This document shows positions 36,211 to 48,600 of a DNA stretch of 64,000 nucleotides, piece after piece. Source of the DNA: Amphiscolops sp. MND2022 (lineage: Eukaryota); assembly GCA_964187785.1 (NCBI GenBank), contig OZ076410.1, positions 61,070,001-61,134,000 on the forward strand, read 5' to 3'. How positions within the stretch are numbered: the first letter of the stretch is position 1; each line of letters opens with the position of its first letter. The notes below the pieces were generated by a model, which did not search any database, was not told the DNA's origin, and saw nothing but the letters and a program-made list of their open reading frames with translations. Both the position numbers and the translations under genes were made by a program.

Positions 36211-38218
36211 GCATCTTCACCTTTGTCAAATTCTATAATAAGACGTGGGAAACAAAGAAAGGCGGTGCGCTTATCAAGTCTTGCATCATAAATTGCATAT
36301 GGTGATGTATATGTTACCAGTTTTACATAATTTCATGCTGTGAACCTACGGTCCAATTGACGCGCGTATTTGTATTTGATTGGCTGGTTGAATGGACGAA
36401 TTGCGCGTCTAATAGGCTAGCACGGTATTCTATTTGAACGCGTTTGATATTTATCTTCTCAAGTTGATTTCAATAACTGCTAATACCTTTGCTACTTTTT
36501 TTCAAACACTGCAAATTACTGGTTTACATGACAGCTAAATAGTATAAAATCGAAAATATAACTAGAATAGTCAGACATTTACGTTATCCCGAATAATAAG
36601 TATAAATAGTCAACATAATAACATATTTGTTGTTGTAAGACCGATGGTCCGTCCGACCCACAGCGGCTAATTTCCAGATGTGGGGAAATTGATGCCATTG
36701 CCAGAGGATACCACTTGGTATCAGTTGCCATCGCAAGCGGCAGCCTGCGACAATAATTAACTCCTAACCGTTTTCATATCCGTACTGTTATCATCGTTGA
36801 TTTACTGTCTGGTGAGGACCAGTTGAAAGGCTTTAGTTTGAAATATATTGTTATGTAGAACGGGACGATGTTATGAGAGCATTTTAGTTCTACGTGAGTT
36901 CACTTTCGATTCATGGAATCCTATTCTTCCATAATTAGTTAGAACACTACAATTCAACATTTACAAAACTGAAACCATTCATGCTTTTCGTTTCATGAAC
37001 CTGATTGTCTACTTCAAAGACAAAGCATCGGGTAAATTTAACTTGGAGCTTTGATGTAGATTATTTCATCAATTTTTATGTAACTGAAGCAATTTACTAA
37101 ACTTTGTTAGGAAGGTTGAATCAATTTATTCATGGTAAATCTGGTCTCTGTGTTTGTATGAAAGACATTTGACTCCATTTCAAAGGTGTTTCAGCTTCCA
37201 ATGCCTAATCACATTTCCCGATTGGTTCCGATTCTCTTTTGCTGGATTCCTTTGAATCAGTTTTCTCGACCAATCAAATTGCGGAGTGTTTCTCGTGTTT
37301 TCCCTGCCAAATCCGATTTGCTTCAGGAGTTTGAAGAATTAATCTTTTCCCATATTTCACAATTAACGTCTCAACATCTTTTTCTCTCTCGAAATTTGTT
37401 TTCTTCTACGTTCATACTCGCAATAAATAGCTCCTACTATAGAATTCAACGAAAAAGAAAATTAGATTTTTATTATGCATTATTTTGGAGACATCTGAAC
37501 TTTTGATGAAAAAGAATGAGACATCTTCCGATTTTGAATTACAAGCGATTTTCGACGATTTTTTCAATGAAGCAATCCAGAGCGGCAATAATTTGAGCGT
37601 TTTGTTGAAAACAAACAGCTAACAAGCCAGTATGTATATATTCAAAACTTAAGTTATAACTAGTAACAGTAACTTTTTTCGTTACAGATATAGTTGAATG
37701 TATGAATTCTTTTTGGAAAAAGCAATTAACTGTATGCTTTTATTCGGTTTACAAAGATTACGCAAGGAAAATACTTTCTGTCAAGCCTGAACCAGGGATT
37801 TTTAGCGAAGTTATTGAAGTTAGTAAAAATTATTAAATTTAGTAAGATATTGAAAAGTGTTTTGGATTTTGTTTGTTGAGTGTTTTATTGTATTATAGCA
37901 GACAAACATTCACGAAAAAAAAGATGTTTTCAAAGATGATTTTCTGTGTTGGGAGTTACATTTCAAACTCTCCTAACGAAATCTAATAGACGAAAATCTC
38001 TTGGGCTAAAAGTCAAAACATTGGTTAAATGGCTCGGTCTTCGTACCGCAAGGGCGCTTCGCGTAGCTCCAAGTCGGTCATCGTCAAAACCGGCCGGTGG
38101 ACCAATAGTGATACGTCACTTCGCTCCTGCATTTATGGCACTATCAATATGCGAACGTAGTCGATCACGGTTCCATAATTTAGAAGACATTTGACGTAGG
38201 ATGTTGGTCTAGGAGATT

Positions 38219-38722
38219 TTAACCTGATACCGTGTCAACGGAATTGCGATGAGATTGCAAACCCCTGCTTTGCTCATCCGTCGGGTTTTCATCGATGCGC
38301 CTCCTAGTCAGTTTGATTTCTTCTTGGGAAGCAATAGCACAGACGCAATAACCATCATAGTCACATAACTCGTCAGACCAACAATCTTGCCAGTTGTTAC
38401 ACCTGTGCTTTGATGGACTGCAGGGTGCTCTTCTGGCTAATTTCAGACTACGGCGTCTTCTAGGAGGAGGGTCAATAAGGGGCATGATATTGTATGCAAG
38501 GTCGTACATGTATGCAATCTCATACCAGTCAGTTGCTTGGGTCAGCGGAATACATATCAGCCCCATTATCAGAACAGAAGATAAATTAACCTGAAAAAAG
38601 TTAGATGCCAAGTATTGTGAGTTTCTTTCAAATTGAATTAGTTCCAAATGAAAGTCAAAAGGGCTGAGAACACAGTTTATTACCTATACAACGCAGATTA
38701 AAACATACATCCAGAGTACCAT
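38219..38722 (-). CDS. Putative host gene: secreted cysteine-rich peptide precursor (2 exons)
   Basis: TATATAA at 38797-38791; ATG at 38722 followed by GT; acceptor ttttttCAG at 38591. Product: (M)VNLSSVLIMGLICIPLTQA signal-like segment, RRRR and RR sites, C-x6-C-x5-C-x5-C-x5-C-x-C, then RRR. The first exon is inferred and its donor (GTACTC) is weak. Confidence 0.6.
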
Positions 38723-39159
38723 GATAATACTGCAGTATTTCAAGAGTTGAGACAGTTTAAACGTATTTTTTTATATGGGTTCTCACGACATTATATAAAT
38801 TTCAATTTAAAGTCGATCAAATTGTTACTTGTGTCAAAAAAAGTTCACATTCAGACTAAACCGCGTAGAAAAGGTTATTTTTGTTCTGATTGGTCCAAAT
38901 TAAATGCAGACGTAGCATCATGAAATCGAACAAAAGCAATTGCAAAAATGTTTTGAAGTATTGAAGCATACCTAGAAGACAAACTCTAGACTTTAAACTA
39001 TTTACGTAGTTGCTATCTATGTTACTATAATTAGTCTTAGTATGAATACCTGCTGCTGTCTCATGATCACTATGTGAACTCCACTCAGTAGGTGAAAATA
39101 CACTCAGTGAAAACTGTTTTATGTTTTATGAATCTTTTATTAACAACGAGATTACAATA

Positions 39160-40370
39160 TGGCGCAGTCGGGTTAACTCACGATTAGCCAAGAAACATTC
39201 ATCAAAGAAACGTTACTCAAGAATGGGTGAATCGAGCAACATTCGACCATCGAATGGAGTAAAAATAACGCAAAAATGTCCGAACAAACACACAGCAGGC
39301 AAATATGACCCAATGGGACAAGATTGAAAATGGAAAACCGGATATGCACGCAGAAACTGACCATACACAGCTTGGAGAAGTATTGTAGTTCCTTTGCAAA
39401 CTTGTAGTCGAGAAAATTCGTCCCATTTGCAAAAATGACGAAAGATATCGACCTCTCAACAATGAACATTTCAAGAAAGATTTTACCATTATGCCGAGAA
39501 CAAGTGAGATCCGAAATCAAGAATAGATGTCTTTGGGCATTTGGTCAGAATGCCTTCACGGAAATGACTGAAACAATTAGGGAAAAAACAAGTTTCCCAC
39601 CGTTATACAAATTGTACCCCCTTTTCCACCTACACAACGCGCCGAAAAAGAATGTAAAACACAGCCGAGCCATTTTCTTCGATCTGAAAAAGCAATACAG
39701 AAAATCGGTGGCAGATGTATGGAAAAGAATCTTGGAAGACGAGAAAAACTGCGAGTTCGAAACTATAGCAGCAGCTGAACTATTAGCAACAATGTTTCTA
39801 TCACTCATAGGAAAATCTACTGGACACTATGAGCTGAGCAAACAAATCCGCAAAAGTGATATGTCGGTCGAAGCAATAACAGACGCTATACATGAGTACA
39901 TGTATGAGAAGTTGAACGGCTCACCAGAAACCGAAGGAGATTAGAAAATCCGACATGTAGCAAGAGAAATTTATAATAAACAAAAACAAACCAATCGAAA
40001 TCAGAAGAACCCACTGCAACAGACGTGGAGCACCCAACTGGTTCAAACAGGATGATTGTCCAGCGAAATGCGGTAAACCCGAACACTACGCCAATTGTTG
40101 CCGCTCAACTTGGAAAAAAGCCATATAGCGGAAGAAGAAACATACAGCGTGGATGAAGATGACTGTGACACAGGATGGAATACACTCGACAGAACAGAAG
40201 ATCCATTCAATGGAGACGAACAATAAGAACTAACCACCGTTCTATACTATACCACCTTTGGTCAATAATCGACAAAAAATTCATAGTAGACTCAGGTTTC
40301 CCAGTAACTCTCATCACGATGACAATATCCACAATACGACAACAGTTAAACTGGATATGGTAAGACAACT
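39160..40370 (+). mobile_element. Fragment of a second Ty3/Gypsy family (PBS, gag, start of protease)
   Basis: TGGCGCAGTCGG (tRNA-Ser-type PBS) at 39160; gag-like ORF 39435-39944; KFIVDSGFPVTLI protease motif near 40280. Confidence 0.6.
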
Positions 40371-41639
40371 GTGAAGTCTAAAGTTTCAGGTTGAGAAGAG
40401 CTTCAACTCTTCTGACAAAACATGACAATTACTATTTACTCAACCTTACAAAAACACGAAAGTGTATATTTAGGTTTTTATCAGATCAAAAAAACAGAAC
40501 AAATGTTTGCTAAGAAATTAGTTCGGATTTTGCGGAATGTTATACCGAACTCGTAGTTTCTATCCTGGTAGATCTCCACTAATGTTCTATGATTTGCTGA
40601 AGCAGCATTTTTTGGTTTTTCAGTCTATGGAGCAGCTGATAAGTGTTATTCAAATGAAAATGAGACAAAATTTTGATTCTTTGTTTGCATTTCTACGTAG
40701 AAAAGAAGAATCGATTGTTTTGATTTGTTCATTCGAGAACTAGTCAACGTTTGAATAGGCAATCTGTTGTTTGTAGTCAGCTCTTCCTTTCACAAGCCAG
40801 CAGCGAACCAATTTTGCGACAAGCTCAAGGTTCAGGAAAAAGAACGTGGTTTATAATTTGCAAATCAATTTTTCTGAGTAGTTTTTTACAAGCTTGGTTT
40901 CTCTCAAAAAAAGTGTTAGGTTAATAAAATGCGTTTTCCACATTTTTCTTCATTGATTTTTCCAATACTATGGGACTCGTGAAAACAACTCAATATTTGC
41001 TCTGGAGCATATTTCAAAGGCTGTTTTTGAGTCTTAAGACAGGCGCTCTAGCATTTTCTAAAACTCTCAAAGAAACTTTCATGCGAAACTATTTACCTGT
41101 TGTTCTCAGCTTCTAACAAAATGCTTGGAGAGTTCATAATTGTTTTGTCGCAAAATTTAGACCCTGGAGTTGTGGAGTTTTCCTTGAGGAATACTTCCTA
41201 TTCTAATTGCAACAGTTGCTATCAGTTTTAACGCCATTTAAAAGCTAAATGCATTCAGTCACGTTATAAACTGCAAGTTAGCGTCATGTTCTATTTGAGA
41301 AACGCCGATCATATCAGATCAGTATTCAAGAACACGAAAAGTGAAAACAAATTGATCGTATCCATGCCCCGGCAAATTTTGGCCGGCATACAGGCATCCG
41401 GAGGGCACGTTAACTCAATATACCTATTCTCAAAGTGATGGTAATGAAGTGAGTTTTGTTTTTGAAATTGATTACAGAATACTTAGTGAGTGAAGTAACG
41501 TCGACTACTTTTCAAGTTATTCAGACAGAAATTGAAAAAAAAAGAATGAAAAACAACTGTATATCCGAGTATGCGATTTGTTTCAGCTCATATTCACATA
41601 CAAACCAAAACGTAAAAGGCCTCGTCTTGCTATAGCTGA

Positions 41640-42430
41640 ACGCAACCAAATGGTTTTTCTGGTGTAAAGTCTTCTGTTATTCCTCATCATTGTCATGGTT
41701 CTGTCCGTTCAATTCAGCAATTAAACTTTTTCGATAGAACTGGATCAGTAAAAGATCTGAATAGGTGTGGCCGCACTCTTTCGACAACGGCCACACAAGG
41801 ACGCGCCATTCTGAGGCGCCATTTATCGAATAATTATGTGCCTACTGCTGAGACAGCACGTCAACATCGATTGTCCTCCCGAACTGTCCGACGAAAACTG
41901 ACAAAAGCAAAAGTTGTAGACGACCATATAAGCAGGACTGACTCTTACCAGAAGAAGGGGAGATGCACGCATGGCCCGCTCTAAGCAGCATTGGACAGAA
42001 GCAGAATGTCCAAATGTGCTTTTCACTGAACAATGTTTCAAGAAGGCAATTGGTTTGGCGATGTATTGGAACAAGAGTGTATCGAAAAAAACATCTTGAA
42101 TTATGATCGATAGGACTCATAGCATGAGGCGGTATATCAAGAGGCCACAAGACAAATCTGGTTTTGATAGTTGGAACCCTTGATTCTCGAAGCTATATTC
42201 AAGTAGTCCTCGAGGGAGACGCTCTGCCGTTTTTCAGCGAGTTTCCAGATGTTATTGCATTGCATCATGACAATGCACCTGCTCATCGTGCAGAGACAAC
42301 AACTTCTCTCTTTCCAGCGAACATTATACCAGTTTCGTCGTGGCCATTTTTTAGTCCTGATCCTAATCCTATTGAGCATCTCTTGGGTTAGATGAAACGC
42401 ATAAGTCAAGAGAGAAAACCTGAAAACTTA
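41640..42430 (+). pseudogene. Tc1/mariner transposase remnant
   Basis: RTGSVKD..R.GR, RTVRRKL, HHDNAPAHRA and WPFFSPDPNPIEHL motifs of the Tc1 DD34E family. Confidence 0.85.
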
Positions 42431-43069
42431 CGTAAATTGGCAATGCGAATCGATCGATCCAGGTTTTATTATCGAGCTTATTCTGTCCATTCCTCCTACA
42501 TATTTCGACCTGCATACAGGCATACGGAAGGCATACGAGATTTTCACTCAATATATCCATTTTAAATCAGTTATTCTCGTTTTTCAACTTCATCTTAGCG
42601 ACATTACTTTCGCCGGTAAGGATAGTAGAAAATACAGTGTAAGTCTACAAGGCTTACCGCCGGAACTTTACTGAGTTTTCTAGATTTTATAACAAATATA
42701 GGCCGCATGCAGGCCTGCAGAATGTAAAAAGTTCCAGGAGTTTTAACCAGGGCTGCTAAGTGATTATGAATAGTTCTCGTTTCTCTATTGAGATATTTAT
42801 CTCAATAGTATTCGAACAGCAATTTCTAGTTTAAACTAGAAATTGCTGTTCGAATACATGTAAGCTAGACCTTGCATCATAGAAATCCTGTAGTGGTTTA
42901 TTCTGATTCATTAACTAGGAAACTAACCATTCTATTCAGCTGCAAACATTGTATTCGGATTAGTGTGAACAACTTTCACTAATTTACTGTGTGAACAAAA
43001 AACAAAAGTCATGTGATCTATTACATCACTAATATTACTTGATATAATTGCAATAATATCTAACAAGAC

Positions 43070-44095
43070 GAGAACGTCTAAAGTCGGCGCCATATCTGAG
43101 GCTCAAAAAGCGCAAAACATTTTTTTGGAAAAAAACTTCTAATTTTTGAAAAAGAATTTCTTTCAAAAAAAGTCGCATAGTGCCGAAAAATGTAGAAGGG
43201 GGACCCTTTGGGATTGATTAACATACATTCAGTTGCAAAATATGAGGAAACTCGAAGGGGGGCCCTTTTGAGACATTAAAAATTTTTTCGAAAAAAAGTC
43301 GTCTCACAGAGCCGAAAATACTCTAAGGAGGGCGTACCCTTTGGTCCCTTTGAGTTTCTTAGATGATGTAAAAATACGCCTTTAGTGTAAAATACACCAA
43401 GCTTTTGCGCTAGTATTTTAAATTTGCTAAGTAAGAATTGTAAGATTTCAAGATTGTAAGAATTGTAAGAAAAGTGGACCGATCAGTGTGAGGATTGTAG
43501 TCTGAAGAAAAACAAGACGGGAACGTCCCAAGTCGGCGCCATATCTTAGGCTCAAAAATATTCAAGGAACAACTATTGGAAAAATTTGGAAAAAAAATTT
43601 TTTTCTAAAAAATTATTTTTGAATTTTTTTTCGAAAAAAGTATTTTTTAAGTCGCACAGTGCCGAAAAACTCAAAAAGAGGCCATTCAGGCTCATTCAAC
43701 GTTTTCTACAAACCGAAAACTTCAAAAAAAATGCAAGGGGGTACCCTTTGATAAATTTCGAAAATTTTCGAAAAAAGTCGCATAGTGCCGAAAAAAACCC
43801 AAAGGGGGGACCCTTTGGTCCCACCTGTACTTTTGGAAGCATTAAAAAATTTATGGTTTAGTGCGAGAATCGAACCCACGATCTCCGGCTGGGTCGAAGA
43901 TGGAAGATGAACAAATATGAAAGATGAACAAATTGTAAGAAAAGTGGACCACTCAGAGTGAGATTGTCAACTGAAAAAAAAACTACTCACTGTAAGAGTC
44001 GGGCTTTTTTCCTTCAGGGAAAGGCGCCGACTAAAAAACAGTCACTGCTATAGTCGGGCATTTTTCCTTTAATGGAAAAGCGCCGACTAAAAAAA
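43070..44095. mobile_element. Two adjacent Helentron/HINE-like repeat copies
   Basis: AGTCGGCGCCATATC at 43082 and 43531; duplicated 3' hairpins AGTCGGG...GCGCCGACTAAAAAA at ~43998-44035 and ~44052-44090. Confidence 0.55.
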
Positions 44096-44702
44096 CGCCT
44101 GACTACAAATTATGCAGTTATACATGCGCTACAATATACATACGCTATAGTGTACACACTCTGTAGGGTAACAAGAATTAATTCGAATTCGTTAGCGGAA
44201 AATTTCAATGCTCAAATCTTTTTATTAATTCATTTCACCAAAAAATCTCAAAGGCAAAAAGCCTCTGGTTTCTTGTTTCGAAATTCAAGATAATTTATAA
44301 ATGTTATCTCACTTGGCATATTTGTGATTTTTGTCAAGTTCCAAAACAAATCAATCATTGACAGCTGGTCATGATGAAAAACTTTTTTCTTGAGCAACTA
44401 ATTTTGTATTATAGTTTATATTCCCTAACTTAATCTTTTAAATGATTATATATTTTTTTTCGTCCCACAAAAAAATCTAATAGAACTTTTGAAGAAGTTT
44501 TGGAAGATTCTATTTCTTTCTAATAATTTTTGCAGATCCTTTTGCTTGGTTGGCTTTAATAGTGCTCTTCGTAGTAGTTAGAGTATGGTGTCTCAGTAAA
44601 AGTGTCTCAGTAGAAGAGTATGGTAGTAAGATGGCCGAGGTAGTAAGAGTCCTGCTCCGATGGCACTTGCGCTCGAGGCTCGGTTTTTACTCCGAGGGCA
44701 TA

Positions 44703-45544
44703 CCCAGGTTTTCGATCTTTGCGAAGCTGTGTAGATCTGCAGGATTTTTGCAGATCTTTGCAGATATGTGCAGATTCGAAAAAATTTGACATACTCAGAA
44801 TCACAATAAAAACGAATAATGTCAAATTGCGATGTCAAAACGAATAATAAAAGTGTTTAAAACTGGAGAGAAGTCTCATTTATGTCAAATTGATGAAACA
44901 TTTTTCAGTAGCATTCTGTACAGATCTGTAGAAATTACAGATCTTTACAGATCTTTACAGAGCCAAACAATGACCGATAAATTACTATAACGTATTCCAA
45001 GTTAACAGCATTTACTAAAAATACTCCAACAAACTATGTTGCGGAAATATTATAACAACAACACTTTATCAACACATCGACCAACCCAGAAGGTTGCCAC
45101 TTGTCAAATTTTATCTGCCAAAATAAGTCAATATGGCAAACGAGCCTCTCAAAGTTCAACAACCACATCTGGAATGTTCAAGTGAAATGGATAAATTACG
45201 GTGTATAACCAATACCGCACTTTCTCCAGTCACCAAAATTACCGTGATGGGGACAAATTTTCTCTCTCGAGAATTCTGAGTGATGGAGAGTTTCAACTGA
45301 CTGACTCTAGGTCAGCTAAAAAACTTGATAAATTAGTTGAAGAAGTCCAAAAATGCAGTGTATTGGTTCCTTAGATGCTGCAGAAATACATATTTCTGCA
45401 AAACCTTTGAAGAAAATCTGCACACTACTGTAAAGATCTTGCAGATTTGTATGGATCTTCAAGATTCAGAGCAACGATCTTTGCAGAACCCTGCAGAAAA
45501 AATCCTGCAGATCTGCACAGATTCGCAAAGATCGAAAACCTGGG
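44703..45544. mobile_element. MITE-like element with ~50-bp TIRs and TA target duplication
   Basis: TA|CCCAGGTTTTCGATCTTTGCGAA...TTCGCAAAGATCGAAAACCTGGG|TA; internal GCAGATCT-type subterminal repeats; no coding capacity. Confidence 0.8.
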
Positions 45545-46189
45545 TAATGAAAGAGATTGATCGATTTTATCCAATTTCTGAATGGATCGAAAAGTTCATT
45601 CTGAGAGAGTTTGTTTTGATTTCAGTCAGTGATTCAGTCATAAAACTATTTCCTACTGTTTTCGATGCCTGAAATTATTCAATTTTCCGGTTGTCGTCAA
45701 TATAATTTTGTGAAAGAATTTCATCTAAACATTTTTTATTCTGATCTCCATTCACAATTTGCATTATGTGGTATCGTGGATTCAAAACATTGTCTATTAC
45801 ACTTTGGATTTCAACTTCTGGTAAGAAAAACGGGAATTAATTACTACGGTAGTGTACAGTTTGTGTTTAGTGGTAGCATAAACAAAGATACGCGCAAGAA
45901 GGTAATTTTTGCTTATGTTGCTTTTGTTCATCGACTGACATACTAATCATAAAAACTAGTTAAATTTTTTTAAAAGATACATTTTCATCATAATTCATCA
46001 CGTTTATAAGCCACACTGTCTCTTTACGCAAAGAGCTCATCTACAAACACTGCCTTGCACCTTCTCACGAAATTTACTTTGTTTGCACGTACACGGAAGG
46101 CGCTACTTTTTCGATACCACTTACTGCAGCTAAGGCGACTGATAATACTAATAAATGCATAATAAAACTTCATGACTCTGATTTGCTGT

Positions 46190-48600
46190 AGTTTGGAAGC
46201 GTCTTTCAAATATCTTGATAGAATGCCGTTGGAACTTTTAAACCATTGGTAACCTCATCGAAACCTGGTTCAAGAGCGAAAATGATTGAAAACTATCACC
46301 AATAATTTACTAGTACTAGAACACAAACGCGAGGCGGTGTAGTAGCACTATACGTAACACTAGACATTGAAGCAGAACTGTTTCATTCTGATGAATATCA
46401 CAAGTCAGTCTCTAAGAAAACAAATGATCACAAAAATAAAAAAGAAAATCAGAGTACCTTGGTTTTATTGCGAACCTTCTAGAAACAAAAACACCTATTT
46501 GGAGCTCGTTGAAGAGGTGCTTGACAAAAATGGTAATGGATTCCAGATAGTATGTGGGGACTTCGAGACGGATCTATTAAATGAAAATCTCGGAGCGCGT
46601 GTAACGTTCGAGAACATGATGAACTCACAAGGACTTGATTTAGTGAGTCTTAGGGAACCCACCAGAGAAACAGTTACATCAAGCACATTATAGATGCTAT
46701 GTACAGTAACTAATTCTGCTCAGCGGTCTCAGATACTAAAAACAACTTTTTTGGATCATTACAGCTTACTATTGGATATGAAGATGACCTTGGAGATAGT
46801 AGGAAACATTTTCGAGTTTAGATCCCTGCAAAAATGGTGTACGAACAGTCAAAAGTTCTGATAAACGAAATGATATTCAGTCCAAAGTGGATCGAAATAG
46901 CCGAGAGGAAATTTCAGATACAATAAAAGCATGAAAGGAGAAAACAGCCATGTGAACATTCCAGTAAACTCTCTGCTGTAATTTCATCAATTATTTCGTC
47001 ACTGCTTGCGATCAACAAAAAGTCAACCCGGTTACCAGCAAATGTGTATATGATCAGGGATATCAACCGCGAAAACATTTCTCCAATCGAGTTACTGAAA
47101 TTGAAATAGCCATTCTGATTGCGACCTTCAAAAATAGAAGTTCTGTAGGATTGGATGGTATTAGTTCAAGAAATTTTTAAAGGCTGCTCCGATCAAAAGT
47201 TCATATTTGAAAACTGCATTCGTTATATGCACTGCAGAATGTGTTTTCCCAAGATTTTTAAAAATTGCTAAAGTTGCTCCAATTTTCAAATCCGGTGATA
47301 GAAAGCTGACCTCGAATTATTGACCAATTTCAATTTTGAGAAATCAGTCAAAAGTACAGATTCAGAAAAAAGAAAGATTCAATACAACAGGAACTTTTTC
47401 ATAGAAACAAATACAAGCAAATTGGAAAACCAAATTGAAAACAGTATTTTTGTGGACTTCCGAAAAGTGTTCGCCTCAGTAGATCACGAAGTTTTATTAC
47501 AAAACTTGTACCATATTGGTGTTGGAGATAGTTCCCATAAACTATTAGCAAATTATTTAGCTGATAGGTTTCAATATGTGAGAGTAGATGGTAAAAGTTC
47601 AGCTAAGAAACCAATTAAACGCGGTATCCCGCAAGGATCAATACTAGGTATCGTAACATTCCTTATTTTTATTGATGATCTCGGTGCAGACGAAAACTGG
47701 CAGAGTGAAATCATAAAACACGCAGATGATACAGTTTTGATCATAAAGGTAGATCATAATTCTCAGAATGGAATTTGCTTGAGTGCTCGATGTCTGGAAA
47801 CGGTGAAGATTGTAACTGCATGAAAACTAAGTTTGCCGCTTCTATGAAAAGGTCAGCTAAACATTCAACAACAACAACGTAGTAATTGGTGACCATGAAA
47901 TGTCCTACTGTCAAAATTACAAATACTTGGGCGCACATCTCGACAGAAAACTGAATTTTGTGACACTTAGTCAAAAAATGTCTTAAAGCTACCGCAACAT
48001 TGCGACAAACTGTACAAACTGAGGGAAACATTACACAAAGGCCAATTAGTACAGTATTTTCGATCTTATGTATCACCGATAGTTCATTATGGCTTCTTTT
48101 GTACCGATTGGAAGCGGAAACAAAGCAGCGGAAAATCCTACTATATTTCAAAAAAACCGATTTCGAAGGAATTGCCTTACGGCTTTCCCCTTGGTCCAGC
48201 GTTCTCGGAAATGTCAATGAACTGATAAGTGGAACTGTATTCGAATATCATATCTATGAATTATTCAAGTTTTCACTGGCGCTAATTAGAAATGGTTTCC
48301 AGAATCTTACTATTGGAGTTCAGCAGAAACAAACAAGGAAAGTAAGTTTCAATATTTGGAAATTTTTTTATAAAATCGATATACTAGACTCTCGACCACT
48401 AATACTGATGAACGCTTTACGTAAATGGAGTGTATTTCCTTCGGATTAAATGATATGTGAAATGGAGGATAAGCAGTTTGAAAATTGGTATCACCAAACA
48501 TCGGATCTCTATAATTTTGGAAATAGGGAATTTACGAAGCTTATATACAAGTAACCCAAAACTCTGTGGATCGTTTACTTTATCACAATATCCAATTTTT
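46190..48600 (+). mobile_element. Degenerate LINE ORF2 (APE endonuclease plus RT)
   Basis: APE motifs ETWF, RGGVVALYV, VCGDF, EPTRET; RT motifs FVDFRKVFASVDH, GIPQGSILG, HADDT; C-terminal KYLGAHLDRKLNF. Confidence 0.85.

Noticed and set aside
40400-41250. Possible minus-strand LINE remnant
   Set aside because: No convincing APE or RT motif could be read.
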